NCBI RefSeq assembly: GCF_036321535.1
Contig: NC_087443.1
Location: 68,076,001-68,140,000 of the forward strand
Length of the DNA: 64,000 nt
Reading direction: 5' to 3'
From: Camelus dromedarius
Lineage: Eukaryota
Part shown: positions 1 to 12,719 of the stretch, in pieces
How positions within the stretch are numbered: position 1 is the first letter of the stretch
Layout of the letters: each line of letters opens with the position of its first letter
Notes under the pieces: model-generated
Databases searched by the model: none
What the model was told of the DNA's origin: nothing
The model's input: only the letters and a program-made list of their open reading frames with translations
Position numbers and translations under genes: made by a program

Positions 1-584
1 AGGGTGCTCTCTAATTTTGTTTTATGGCTTTTCAGGCATAGAAGGTGACTTTTTAAGCAAAGATACCATTCTGGTTTATTTCTTGTGGTCTGTCTTCCTG
101 TAGGCATGACTTTCTCAGTGTTGGGGCTGTAATTCCCAGGATCTCTTTGCTTCTGGATGTCAGGTCATTTAGAAGTATGCTATGAGGCCATTCATGGACA
201 GGCTCTGCCTTGGTTGATCTGGCAAGATGCTGTCCAGAAGGGGAGTGATGGCAGTGATGTGGGCAGGGAGAGCCCCAGTCCTTCAGGTTTTAGGACAATG
301 TCAGTTCCAAACATTGGATGTGCAAATACATGTATTTTTTTCAAAAGTGAAGAGGGTGAAGACTATTCCATTTTACCTAAAAATTACACAGTACAATCGG
401 CAGCTGATAAAACAAAATTCATGTCTTGGATGAGTTTAGTTGATTCAGGGTATTGATTAGACCAGTCTGATATTTGAGAAAAATTTTACTTGAGAGCTGG
501 GATGATAAGAGTAGCAACAAGGTTCTATTTAGTCCCTTGTCCCTCTATTTCATAGCTGAAGGAATTGATTTTATTTCTTTAAAG

Positions 585-1125
585 TTTTCATTTCTGATTA
601 TAAAAGCAAGATATATTCATTGTGGAAACATCTGAATATAGCCTTCAAATATATGCTCTACTTCACACACACACACACAGATTTTTATAAAATTGAAATA
701 ATCCTGGAGAAACTGTTTTGTAGCCTGACTTCTTTTTTTTTTTTTTACAATTATATTATGAAAAATTTCCTATTTTAGTTTTTAATTCCCTATTTTCAGC
801 AGCTCTATTGCAATGTATCGCTATTTTTTAAAGTGAAATCCGATGATTAGGTATTTAAGCTCTTATTTTTTTCCTACTATACAGAATTGCTGTGATGAAA
901 ATTCATGTATGTAGATCTTCGTACACATTTCTGATTGTTTCCTTGGGGTAAAATTCTTAGAACTGCTGAGTCAAAGAATAGGCTCGATTTTAAGGTCTTC
1001 GGGATATATTGGTTAAATTGCCATTCAGAAAGGTCTTTTCCATTTTCATTTCTACCAGCAGTCTAGGATAGGGCCCATTTCCTAGTTTCCTTGTCACCGT
1101 AACATATAACTATTGATTTCTTTAA
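585..1125 (-). mobile_element. Old L1 (L1ME-like) 3' fragment
   Basis: T-rich antisense L1 3'-end phrases, e.g. 'tgctgtgatgaaaattcatgtatgtag', 'gaactgctgagtcaaagaata', 'ttttcatttctaccagcag'. Confidence 0.6.
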
Positions 1126-2117
1126 AAATATCTGGAACTCCTTTATGCGACTCATGTATAGTCAATATCATTCTCCACCTGACCTCCAGATGATTGTCAG
1201 CTGTAGTCTGGATGGAATGATGCACCATGCCAGTTCTCCAGGGTGTGGACACGACAGCTTACGTGGGAGTTACTAGTTTTCCTGACCTGGAGGAACAAGC
1301 TTTTGGAATCATCCTGCCCCCTCCCTGATGAAGAATTAGAACACATCTGTCATCTCCTGGCTCCCCCCGGACACTAATCAGATTAGGCCATCCCTCACTG
1401 GGGTGGGAAATTCTTAATTTGCAGAGGGATGAACATTTGTGCAGACAGTGCCAAAAATAACCCTCGCCTCTCTACATACAGGGCCAGATGCTCAGATGGA
1501 GTTTCACGTAGTATCAAGTAGGGTCTGACAAGAGTTGTAGAGTTTGTCCATCTTCGCAGAAGTTTCCCTGTTTCCCAAAGTCCAGATTTTGAAATTTGCT
1601 TGGAAAAGGGATATTTGTGGCACCACATGGTCCCCCTAGACCACCCACTCTGAACTGATACCTCTTGGGTACCATGATGACCCCAGCGCCAATGGGCTGT
1701 GAAAGGGGATTGACACTCAGGACAAGCTTTCCCCCAGTGGACATGGGCCAAAGCCTATAGTGTCTGCATCTGCCTGGGATACAGAGGCTTATCCCAAGCT
1801 GGCCTTCCTGAGAATGCCTTGCCGTCCTCTTCTAACTAAAGCTAAGGATGGCAGATTAATGTGGAAGGGCTCCCACCTTCCCTTCGGGTTTAAGATGCAT
1901 GAAAGCTGTGAATTCCCCTACTTGGAAATATTCCTGATGCCCTGGTTGTTCAGATTGGTGGCCTGAAAGTTTAAATCAGCACCTGCTGGTCATCAGGGGA
2001 GAGAGAAATGAGACTGGATCGGGGGTAGGGGGTTGGGGGCTGAGAGAAAGTTCTAAAGAGCAGGAAGCAGGGAGAATGTCTACTTCGAGTCAGATAGTCA
2101 GGAGAGGAGACCTCAGT

Positions 2118-2265
2118 GGGGAGCCAAGAGGCCTGAGTTCTCATCCTCGCTCTGCTGCCTGTGTGACCTCAGGCGAGTCACAGCACCCTAGTGGCCTCAT
2201 TGTCCTCAAGGGCCAACAGAGGGCATTGTTGGCCAAGGTCAGGGTCCTTACAGCTTTGACTGTCT
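2118..2265 (+). mobile_element. MIR/MIR3 SINE fragment
   Basis: 'cctgagttctcatcctcgctctgctgcctgtgtgacctcaggcgagtcac' resembles the MIR core. Confidence 0.55.
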
Positions 2266-3309
2266 AAGCATGAAAAAGAAGGGATGAAGGAAGATGTAGA
2301 AGAGGAGAAAAGTAGACCTTTAGGGCATTGCTTCCCCACCTTTTCCGTGTCCTGATGCACGTAAAGATAATACAGGGACTGCCGTCCTGGGGTGAATGGG
2401 GAGGTTTCTTGGAGCCAGAGGCTCCAACCCCAGGGCTCCGGCTGCCCCAAAGACTGAGCGCTATTTTAGGCACGCGAAGGGAATGCTCTGTCACAGAGGA
2501 CTCCAGTCCTGAAAAAATGGTGCCCAACTCCAACTACATTCCAAACAAACAGAAAAGATACTGGACTATAAGGGCCAGCCAGTCCAACTGTTTGTTCCTA
2601 GTGACTTCTTTGATGACCTTTGGGGAAATATCAAATTCTTGCACAGTTTTTAAAGTCCCCGCCTGCTGCTGCAGCCTACTGGTAGGGGTGGGATGAGGTG
2701 GCCAGGAAATAAGGTCCTTCGGGAAAGGTGGGGTGGAAGTAGGGCTGCTAGGGAGGAAGGAACCCCGAAGTCCAAGAGTGCTACTAGCTTTCTGTGCTTT
2801 CATCCGGAGAGCACCTCTACGTCCTCTCCGTGTCTCCAGTACTGGGGGAGGCTGGGGCAGGTCCGGTTCTTGAAGCCACAGGCTTGATTAAAGGAATCAA
2901 GCCTTGCACTCAGGGTCCTGCTTGTCTCTTAGGCTTTTCCTCTTTTGTAATAACAACCTTTTTCATGTGCCTTATTTATTTTTTTTCCATCCACCCCAAG
3001 AAATGGTGAGGTAACTGGACCGAGATAATTGCTGAACACCTGCGAGATGCAGGCCTGGTGCCGTGAGCACGGAGGAGCCAGAGTAAGACTCATGACCGCC
3101 CGGATCAGCTGGCTTGCCTGCCCCCACCTCCTAGACACCTGCAGAGGCCTGTCACTTGGGACGGGAGGGCCGATTAGAGCTCTTGTAATTGAGATGGGGT
3201 GAGGGAGTTTACAATGGCTCCGGAGTGGGAGACAGGGAGACGGCTTAGATGACAGGAAACTGTCTCCTCTGCTCCGTGGAGCAGATTGAGAAAGGTGGCC
3301 GGGGTAGTA

Positions 3310-3416
3310 ATGGGGTTAGCTAATCCTGATAGTAATAAGCGAAGGAGAGGCCGTCATCATAATCACGATTAATGGATTCCAGATGGAGAAATAGAATAGT
3401 TCTCATTAGTGTGGCT

Positions 3417-3462
<46 letters not shown>

Positions 3463-3850
3463 CCATTCCGCCCACATCCCTGACTTTGATAAGCACTGTC
3501 AGATAAGAATAGCCCACACCGCAAAGGTAGATGGAAAGCATTGTCAGTTACTTCCTGTTGCCCGCCTTCCACGACACCCTTGCATACGTAATGGTTTCAT
3601 TAACCTCGAGACTTCTGCAGATGAGTTGAAAACCGAGCTTACACGGCCAATTAATTGGCAGCGCGTTCTGCACAGAGTATGGAAGTACCTCTCTCTTCCC
3701 CTTAAATATGGCCTGACTTTTCGGCTGTATTTCATAAGTGTTAATGTAATGTTGCTGAAAGGAAATATGGCCATGGCAGGAAACATCCCCCCCTCCTCTC
3801 CGGGATGCAGCTGTTCGTTGGGTTTGGGTTGTTAATTCAAAACACTCCCA
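3310..3850. promoter_or_regulatory. Candidate enhancer / conserved non-coding element rich in homeodomain motifs
   Basis: No repeat recognised. Contains TAATCC (3321), several TAAT/ATTA cores, the palindrome GCCAATTAATTGGC (3646-3659) and retained CpGs. Function is inferred only. Confidence 0.4.
3419..3460. repeat. (AC)21 microsatellite
   Basis: Uninterrupted AC dinucleotide run, read directly. Confidence 0.98.
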
Positions 3851-5814
3851 GGTGCCTATTTCATATTATCTCTTGTTTAGAACAAAATAAAGTGAAACTG
3901 TCATAACCTTTCAGCCTCGCTCGGCCCTGGGCTCAACAGCCCCATAAAGAAACCGGTGCCAGGAAGCGATGGCTAACACTTGCCTTTCCTCGGTGAGAAG
4001 AGTGGCCTCAGGTGAGGCCCCGACCTGCAGCCAACCTGCCTCCCCTCAGAAAGGGCTTGTTGGAGTCCTGTTTCAGTCTCTCTTCCTGCTGCTGGGCCTT
4101 TGTTCCCGGCCTTCCTTGCCAGGAGCCCCGTTCCCACCCCTTTTCCAACTCTCCTGCAAAGCCTTCCGTCTGAATCTTTCCCTGAGCACCCTGGTTTTCC
4201 GGCTTGAGCATATAGTAAGTGCTCACTAAACATTAGTTGTTATTAATATTTCTGCCTCACCAAGCAAGTCCGTTGTTCAATGCTCATAAAATATTCAACA
4301 GAGTAAGAACTCTCAGGTGAATTTGCCTGTGATTTGCATACAGCTCAGTATGCTATTTATAGCCAGGCACTTGCCTTTTATATAATGAAACCTCCCTAAC
4401 GTGGGCGATTCTCTTCTCTGCCATCTGCCCTTGGCCACTCTGCCCTTGGGCCCGGAGCAGGCGTTGAGCGAATCAGAGCAGGAGAGGAGAGGAGAGGCTG
4501 AAGGTTGTAGGGCGGGGAGGTCTTTGCTTGGAGCCTCAGGTTCCTCCCAGGGAGAAGGGCTTGTGGCTTTTAGGATCTAAGCTGTTAGTGTGTTCCATGA
4601 CTTTCTTTTTTTTTATATATACTTTTAAAAAAATTGAAGTATACTGTTTCTTATTTTATCCAAAGTGATCTCTCATTTCCAGCAGCACAGGGAGAGAGGC
4701 TCATTTGGCTAACTTTATTTTCACAACTGGAATTTCTGGGACTAGGTGAGGTGGTACCAGGGACAGTGGGTGGCTGTCACCCCCTCTTACTGACCCAGCT
4801 AGAGTCTTGCCCCCAGCCACTGGTCCACTCAGGGCCTCTGATCAAGAGGGCCCCACATGTCCCCAGCGTGGCCCTGGCAAACCTTGGTCAGCTGGTGCTT
4901 GACACGAAGGAAGTGGGCTCAGTCTCCGTACTTGGTGGCTTCCCGGAAAGGCCACCCCCAAAGAGTCATGCATCTGTGCTGCAGGCCGGCCCCTGGTTCT
5001 CTGTCACTCAGAAGTCCCCAGCCTCCCTTCTGGGACAGACTGCAAGACTGTGAGGGGAGGGTGAGGCCCATGTGGCCACAACTAGTTTCCGTAAATGAGG
5101 GAGGTTTCTGGAAAACAGGATTTCAGTACCTGGCAGCCTGGGAAAGCGAAGTGAGATGCTCCATTGTCACTTTTGGTGTTGTTTCGAGTATCCTTAAAAG
5201 GATCTGGCCCCCTCAGACCGAGGTCTGTGCTGTTCTTTAACCTGCTTGGAGACAAAGAGCGTCCGTGCTCTGGAGAAGAAGTGTAGCACGTGGGCTGGAG
5301 AACACGTTTTGTATTTTGAGCCATTTTTTTCTGTAGCCTGGGGCCTGATTGATTTTAGGTTCAGGCTAACGTCTTGGCCTGAGATCCTGTGGAGAGTTGG
5401 AGGCACTTAAAGAAACAATTCAGACCCAAAGCCCTTGTTTTTAGAGAATTGACCTTCCATCTGTTGACAATCAAATATTGAACCTATTAAGAGTGGCAGG
5501 TCCCCAAGCTGGGAGGAAGGAAGGAATTTCCCAGAGTCCCTGGAGACAAAGGACCTTTTGACTACACCTGGGGGTGAAGGGTGGCCGGCCCGGGTCATGC
5601 TAAGCTGGGGATCAGATGAGCGGGAGAGCAGCTGGGGAGATGGGGGTCGAGGGTCCCCCTCGCTGTGTTCTGATTTGCCAAGTACAGGGGAGCAAGGAGG
5701 AGAATGTAATAGAGCGTGGTTAGCCATGAGAGACTCCAGAATTCAGACATGGGTCCCTCTCCTGGCCTCCCTGTGCCCCAGATCCATCCTTTTCCGTGGT
5801 CCGTGTTTGTGCCT

Positions 5815-5905
5815 GCCTCCTGCACCAGAACTTAAGCTCCTCAGGAGCAGGGGCTGTGTCTCCCTCGTCTTTGAATGACCTGGCCCACAGCAAGTATTCA
5901 TGGAC
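5815..5905 (+). mobile_element. L2 3' end fragment
   Basis: 'cttaagctcctcaggagcaggggctgtgtc...cctggcccacagcaagtattc' resembles the L2 terminus. Confidence 0.45.
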
Positions 5906-6414
5906 ACAGAGAAGTGTAGAGACCCAGAAAGGGGGTTGCTTAAAGTGGAGCTCTCTTCCAGCGCCTTTGCATGAATCAGGAAGGCCACCCCCGAAGGCGG
6001 ACACTGTTGGGTGGGCACATGGCGTGACGGGTGAAGTGTCCCCGCTCTTGGCTGAGTGCTCGTACAAGGAACAGTCTGTACAAGGACAACAGTGGTCGTC
6101 CCTGTGATTTAGAAATTGGGGCTGATATCCCAGAAACCAGCCTTTAAGACACCCTGGTCTGGGCTGGGCTGATGGGTGATGGTTTCTGGGGAAGGCAGGA
6201 GACAGACAGAAGGCAGTGTCCTACCCCAGGTGGCAGTGCCCCCAGGCCTTAAGGTCTGCGTGTGGGCAGTGTCTCCCACAGGCTTGTCGAGCCTCCTCTT
6301 CTAGGGATTTCCCTCTATCCTGCCCCTTGACACTGTCCTCTTAGGAAATCTGGTCCCCATCAAGGCTTTCTTTGATGTCTCTTTAGCTAGGGAGTTCACA
6401 GTTGTCTTTTGGTC

Positions 6415-6580
6415 CCTACAGACGTGGATTGGAATCCTGATTCATCTGTCACTCACTGTGAGCCCCTGGGAAGATGTTTTGATCTCATCAAAGCTGAGCC
6501 TCCCCAGCCACGCAATGGGATTGTGATGGGGCTGGGTGGAGGGTGTGTCTGCAGGGCCCAGGGCAGTGTTAGACATACGA
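6415..6580 (+). mobile_element. MIR SINE
   Basis: 'ggattggaatcctgattcatctgtcactcactgtgagcccctgggaag...aatgggattgtgat' resembles MIR. Confidence 0.55.
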
Positions 6581-7424
6581 ACCCTTTCTGAAGGCTTCAC
6601 GAGTCTGCATCAGCAAGCTTGATGGTGGTCCCTGGAGCTGACTGTAAGGGTTCTCACATTACTGTTTCTCTAGGTTCCATTTCTCAGGGTGGCCTCTATA
6701 CCAATCCTCCTGGAATGGAATCCCAGGTGTGCTTCCTGAGAAATCGAGTCATGTGCCTCACACAGATCTTTTTGGTGGATAGGGCCGGATGCTCCCCGAA
6801 CTTCAGCAGGCTCCTGGAACCAGATGTGGCCACAGGAGTGGCTAGAGCCAGCTGGTTCTGTTGAGGGTGGGCCCTTTCCCATGGGCCTTGGTCCACTTAC
6901 CCCAGTGACCTATTTTATTATGTTAGGAAGGCAAGAGTTAGCTGATTTCATAAGAGGAAGTGAGTTGAAGTTACAGTGAAGATGTCGGCTCTACCTGAAG
7001 AAGACCTTGACGCACAGTCGAGCTGAGTCCGATAGGTCCTTCAAAAGCATCGAGTCCTTCCGCCCTTTGCTCTATAAGGAAAAAACAGGACCAGAGAGAC
7101 TGAGGAGCTTGTTCAAGGCCCAGCATAAATTCTGTTACATCCCAGGGCCTCCCTTGACCGTGAGATTGTCTAAACGCTAAACTTGCCCAGCTGTGGAATT
7201 GTGTTATGGGGATTGTTGGAAATTCGATAGCAACCCGGGTCTGAGATTCCTGAGGGGCTGGCTAGCAGGAAGACCCTGCCCAACCCAGACTCTCTCTCAT
7301 GACCATGCTTATCTCCCACTGTTTCCGCAGACATCTCCGGTCCTCACACACAGAGACACCACTTTCAGTCTTTCTAGCTGCTTACTTAAGGAGGCACAGA
7401 GCGGGGACCCTGGGAACAAAGGGA

Positions 7425-7595
7425 CCCAGTATTGACTGGAGGCCCACCATGTAATGGGCATCATGCTGGGTTCCTTACACACATGGGTGTTCTCATTCAG
7501 CCTCCTGCAAGAACCTCAGGGTCATTTGAGAACTGTAACAGATGGTTATTGAATGAATGATTGGTTATCGAATGATTGAATGAATGGATGGATGA
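7425..7595. mobile_element. MIR (minus) fragment followed by an L2-type (GAAT)n tail
   Basis: 'tattgactggaggcccaccatgtaatgggcatcatgctgg' then 'ttgaatgaatgattgg...tgaatggatggatga'. Confidence 0.45.
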
Positions 7596-8379
7596 CTTGT
7601 TCGTTATACTTCTTCCTTGTAAGTTATCCACACACAGCCCATATATTTTGCATCGCTCTGAAGAATCCTTGTCCTTTTACTGCTTCTCTGTTCTCTTAGT
7701 CCTATGGTGCCCGTTCAGAATGACCCGTAACTGCGAGGATCCCCTGAGAGAACCACATTCATTTCCCTGTTGACTCGAAGGAAGTCAAGAATCCAAAGCT
7801 CAGGGCACAAAGAATCGATTTTGTGAATTTCACAACACCAGCCTGCAACCCTGGCATAGAAATAATAATCTGTATATTTATCCTCTTAGCTTTCCAGAGA
7901 GACAGTGGGACAGGGAGTGTGCAATTCTTGTTCCTTCTTCATGGGAGTCTAGATTTGCATTCTTGTCGAGCGTGCAAATGGAAAATAAGCCTGTGCTCCA
8001 GCTACAAAGGAGACTATCATGCTGTGCCTGTGTAAGGATCTGTTTCTCTTTCTATCTTGGCCGGCTGTTTGTATGCTTTATCCTAGCCACGGAATGACTG
8101 TTCCTGTTTCAGTTTATTCAGCTGTAAAATGGGGCTATACTATCTGCTGAGTTGGCTTCAAGGTTAGGATTTTGAAAGGATTGGCCTTGTTTCAGCGGAC
8201 CTTGGGTGGTGCGCTGGGATTGCGCAGAGGAGAAGGATGAGTTGACCAGGCTTCGGTTCTAGTCTTCTCTGATGCCAACCCCGGGCCTGATCTTGCGTTT
8301 CTCAACTCTGCTCCTCAGGAAGCACAGTCAGGGATTTCATTCCAGAAGGTGCCCTGAAAAGGCCCACCCCCAGCCATGA

Positions 8380-8520
8380 ACCTGCCATTTCTCCACCTGC
8401 AAAATGAAAACAAGGACAGTTGCTTGCCTACTTCCTTTTAGGATGGCTATAGAAAATGAAATGAGCTGGTAGGTTGGAAAGTGCTTGGAGAATGATAAAG
8501 TGCTGCTCATACCAAGTTAG
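8380..8520 (+). mobile_element. MIR 3' half
   Basis: 'ttctccacctgcaaaatgaaaacaaggacagttgcttgcctac...aaagtgcttggag'. Confidence 0.55.
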
Positions 8521-9619
8521 TTACAATGACAATAGTGCCCATTGCCCATTCTGCTAAAGTTTCTTTCGTTTGCGGGTGACTCCACTTGAAAACAAAAGTT
8601 TTGTGGTTCTGTTTATCTGGTTTATATTTTGTGCTTTATTTCTCAATTTGGCACCGGCAAATAGTTCAGGAGATCCAACTATTTAAACAAATACTATTAT
8701 TATTTCCCAAAGCCCTAGTCGCTGACAGTTGGAAATGTTGGTCCAAGTTCACCTCTAGCAAGGGTAATGAGTGACGTCAGAGGGAAGAGGACCTTTTTAT
8801 CAAGGTGGGCCTGGGGTACAGGAAGGAAAGGAGACCAAAGAAAAGAGGAGAAAAGTGCCAAGTGTTGTAGCTTTTCCGTGGAGTCAGGCCAGGGATGAAT
8901 TAATCATGACATGCTGGAACAAACCAAACAAACAAAAAAACCCCACACCAAACAAAAGGGCCTGGCTTTCATTTAACAGTCAATCAAACGGCAAAAAAGC
9001 ATCAGGCCTCCTTCCGAGGAGGAAACCAGGTGTTTCATCTAGTCAGATCCGCAGCGAGTCCAGAGGAAGAGGCAGTGTAATGACCAGGCTGGTCCGTGAC
9101 CACTGGGCTTGTAGCGCTGATCAGAGCCCAGGACTCCGGGGATGAGCGGGGAGCCACACGCACAGCCTCATGCTCCGTGCAGTGTAAGCAGCCGGGACAT
9201 CTGGGCACCTCATGTTCCTGTACCTTAGACCGGGGAAGAAACAAGGCCTCTGAAAGATGAGCTAAGCCTGGGGCGTGAGTTGGAAGCAGCAGCAGATGAT
9301 GGAAATGTTTAGATAGTGCAGCGTCTCCCCCAGCCAGGGATACAGGGCTGCATGCATTGGCTACCTCCGTAGACGTGAGGTTCGCATTCTTTCTAAGGCA
9401 GCGTGCTCAGGCTCCATTCACTCTCTGGTAATGGCGGGGTTGAGTGGCAGGGGTGGCAGGAATAGCAGTAGCCACATGTGGGGAGTTTGTTGCTGCTTGG
9501 AGGAGCTGTTTGACCAAGGCAGACAAAGTGGACGGTGGTTGTTGTTTCTGTCTGCTGAGCACACACACTTTTTCCTCCTCTCTCTTTGGAAACACAAACT
9601 GCCTTCCATGCCATGGAGT

Positions 9620-10030
9620 CTACATCAGTCCTAATACTGCCTCTTCCTGGCCACACGATTGGTTAAGGAATTAGCATATGGCCCACACATGGCCAATTGG
9701 AGCCCTTCCCTGAGACTGGTCTATGGACGCTGGGAGAAGGAAGCTGGTCCTGCTTCTGATGTGAGAGCTGAGCTTTGAAATTGTAGTTTTGGAGTTTTTG
9801 GAGTCTCTCTCCTACTTCGTGGGGAAAGCCTGTTCACTGCAGGGAAGAACTAATCACCGTCCAAAGAGAAGTAGAGCTGAGAAATGGAGAAAGAGCCTAA
9901 TGACATCATCTGAGCCCCTGGATCCAATCATGATTGAGGCCAGATGCACCCTTACATTCCCAGTTAAATGAGCCAAAACATCCCTTTCGTTTGTGTAAGC
10001 TGATCTGAGCTGGGTATCTGTCACCTGAGC
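9620..10030 (+). mobile_element. MaLR solo LTR (MLT1J/K-like)
   Basis: 'gagcccctggatccaatcatgattgaggccaga...taagctgatctgagctgggtatctgtcac' is typical of an old MLT1 LTR 3' end. Confidence 0.65.
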
Positions 10031-10369
10031 CTGGATAGTCTGGAGGACAGTGTGGGGTGGGGTTGGGGTGAAGGTGGGATTGCGCATGTGAGAGGTCAAA
10101 GAGGAAAGAAAAGGAAGCAGAAGTGAGGAAGCTTGATCCGATGGTTCTCTTTTGGGAGGTGGGAACCTGCTCCAGTTTTCTGAGGCTACATGAAGCCTGA
10201 CCTCTGAGAAAGGACATTCATTGTAAACAGCAGATCTGTTCTCACTGGGGAATCAGCCCCATGGCTCCTGGAGTATGAACCTCTCCATATATTCAAGTCT
10301 ATCCCCTTCCTCCACCAGGCCACTCCTGGGCCAACTGAAAAAGACCCATCAGTACTGTCAGTGACTATG

Positions 10370-10580
10370 ATGCTTTGTTAGGCTTGGGAGTCAGACAGAC
10401 TTTGACTTCTAACTTCAGCCCTTACTAGCAAAACAGCCTTGGGCACATTACTTCAGCTCTCTATCCTCAGTTTCTCTGCTTCTAAAATGGGGCTAATAAT
10501 TATATCCGTCTCAAAGGATTGTTGTCAGGATCCCATCAGCCAATGCATGTGAGGAGCTGTGTACCATGGCCAGCCCATGG
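10370..10580 (+). mobile_element. MIRb SINE
   Basis: Core 'ccttgggcacattacttcagctctctatcctcagtttctctgcttctaaaatggggctaataat'. Confidence 0.75.
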
Positions 10581-10619
10581 GAAAGCCCCAGTAGTCGTAT
10601 CCATTCGATTTCTCAAGAG

Positions 10620-10775
10620 TGGGGAATGGTGAAGTAGATTATAAGACACCACACTATGGATGAAAACTGAGCAATGTAAAGTATGAGGGTAATTTAGATC
10701 ATGAGAGAACCACACTAGTACCCTGCTAAGATTTTTCTTAAGTGACATAAACATCAATAAAAAGTTTAATTTTTT
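10620..10775 (+). mobile_element. L1MC/MD-like 3' end
   Basis: Ends in 'gacataaacatcaataaaaagtt' and resembles an L1 3' UTR. Confidence 0.45.
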
Positions 10776-10794
10776 GCAAAAGGGAGCTAGCTAA

Positions 10795-11610
10795 TTGAAA
10801 GCAGGGACATGGAGAGATATTTGTACACTCGTGCTCATAGCAACATTGTTCACAATAGCTAAAAGGTGGAAGCAACCCAAGTGTACATCTTCAGATGAAT
10901 GGATAAACACGACATGGTCCAGGCAGCTCTCCATANNNNNNNNNNNNNNNNNNNNNNNNNNNNNNNNNNNNNNNNNNNNNNNNNNNNNNNNNNNNNNNNN
11001 NNNNNNNNNNNNNNNNNNNNNNNNNNNNNNNNNNNNNNNNNNNNNNNNNNNNNNNNNNNNNNNNNNNNNNNNNNNNNNNNNNNNNNNNNNNNNNNNNNNN
11101 NNNNNNNNNNNNNNACTACATGATTTTTATAAAGGGCTTCATCATCCTTGGATTTTTGTGTCTCTGGGGGTCCTGGAACCAATCCCCTGCAGATACTGAG
11201 GGGTGACTCATNNNNNNNNNNNNNNNNNNNNNNNNNNNNNNNNNNNNNNNNNNNNNNNNNNNNNNNNNNNNNNNNNNNNNNNNNNNNNNNNNNNNNNNNN
11301 NNNNNNNNNNNNNNNNNNNNNNNNNNNNNNNNNNNNNNNNNNCCACTCCTAAGAGTCATTTAAAGTAGTTAAATTCACAGAGACAGAAAGTAGAATGGTG
11401 GCCACCAGGGTCTTGGGGGAGAGGGGNNNNNNNNNNNNNNNNNNNNNNNNNNNNNNNNNNNNNNNNNNNNNNNNNNNNNNNNNNNNNNNNNNNNNNNNNN
11501 NNNNNNNNNNNNNNNNNNNNNNNNNNNNNNNNNNNNNNNNNNNNNNNNNNNNNNNNNNNNNNNNNNNNNNNNNNNNNNNNNNNNNNNNNNNNNNNNACAA
11601 TTTTAAACAG
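10795..11610 (+). mobile_element. 5'-truncated L1MB-like element (ORF2 C-terminus plus 3' UTR), interrupted by a Tigger element and N gaps
   Basis: The translation 'DICTLVLIATLFTIAKRWKQPKCTSSDEWI' matches the L1 ORF2 C-terminal motif. 'gagacagaaagtagaatggtgg' is L1MB 3' UTR. Confidence 0.85.
10920..11211 (+). mobile_element. MER2/Tigger2-type TcMar-Tigger non-autonomous element nested in L1
   Basis: Left end 'caggcagctctccata'; right end 'gggggtcctggaaccaatcccctgcagatactgaggggtgact' matches the MER2 terminus. Confidence 0.8.
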
Positions 11611-11624
11611 AAAGTTAGAGTCAT

Positions 11625-11815
11625 GTATCTAGTAAGAATGCATTTTCATTTTAGCATAAGTATAAAAAGTTTGTATACGTGTGTTGAGCCAGGGAAAAGG
11701 ATGGATGACTACATAACCAGACTGTTTACAGTGCTTCTTTCTATGTGGGGATTAGTGGGGCTGGAAGGGCCTTGTTACTTTATGCTCTTTGGTACAGTCT
11801 AAATTATTACAATGA
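11625..11815 (+). mobile_element. L1ME-like 3' end
   Basis: 'gaaaaggatggatgactacataaccagactgtttacagtg' pattern of an old L1 3' UTR. Confidence 0.45.
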
Positions 11816-11889
11816 TCAAATATCATTCTTGCCATTTCAATGAGTAATATTCAATTTTAATGATGTGCATTATATTCTTGCATTTTCAA

Positions 11890-12530
11890 AATGCCTCCGT
11901 GGAATATATAATGGTGCAGCCATTTTGGAAAATGGTTTGGCAGTTCCTCAAATGGTTAAACATAGCATTACCATATGATCCAGCAGTTTCACTCCTTAGA
12001 TACATATTGAAAACACATGATCATGCAAAAACTTGTACATGAATGTTCACAGCAGCATTATTCATAATAGCCCCAAAGTGGAAACCATTCAAGTGTCCCT
12101 CAACTGATGAATGGATGAACTAGTAGTACATCCACACAATGGAATATTATTCAGCAATAAAAACGAACGAGGCACTGAATTGTTATTTAGCCTTAGCTAT
12201 GGCATAGATGAAACTTGAAACATTATGCAAAGGGAAAGAAGCCTGATACAAAAGACCACACATTGTAGGATTCCATTTTTACAAAATGTCCAGAATAGAT
12301 AAATCTATAGAGACAGAACGTAGATTAGGACTGGAGGTGACTGCTAAAGGGTGTTAGCTTTTCAAAATTCCAGGAATAAAAATGATCTAAAATTGATTCA
12401 ATGATGAATGCACAAATCTGTCAATATTCTAAAAACCATTGAGTCATTCACTTTAAATGGGCGAATTGTATGGTATGTGAAATTATCTCTCAATAAAGCT
12501 ATTATACAACAAAACAAACAAAAAACAAAG
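11890..12530 (+). mobile_element. L1MB-like 3' fragment
   Basis: Translation 'VQPFWKMVWQFLKWLNIALPYDPAVSLL' is an L1 ORF2 motif. The 3' UTR ends 'ctcaataaagctatt' with an A-rich tail. Confidence 0.9.
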
Positions 12531-12719
12531 TCTCTTTGTAAGTTATACAATTAGTTATTTACACTAGGCTTGGGTGGCAGATACCACATGAAGAAGCAGA
12601 CCTGGAGAGCTAACTTAGATCCCTTGAGAAGGAGAGGAATTACCAAAGTCCAACTGGGCTAACTTTTTAAAAAATAATCCCCACCAATAAAATGTTCCAC
12701 AAAAGACGAGATCAAAAGG

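Noticed and set aside
1395-1751. Minus-strand peptide 'LALYVERRGLFLALSAQ' loosely resembling an ERV reverse-transcriptase connection segment
   Set aside because: Only a short low-specificity match, with no YXDD, RNase H or integrase motifs in adjacent frames. A Dfam/tblastn search would be needed, so it is not called.
10054-10078. Four-tract G-quadruplex motif
   Set aside because: Meets the minimal pattern but is isolated at an LTR edge; such motifs are common.
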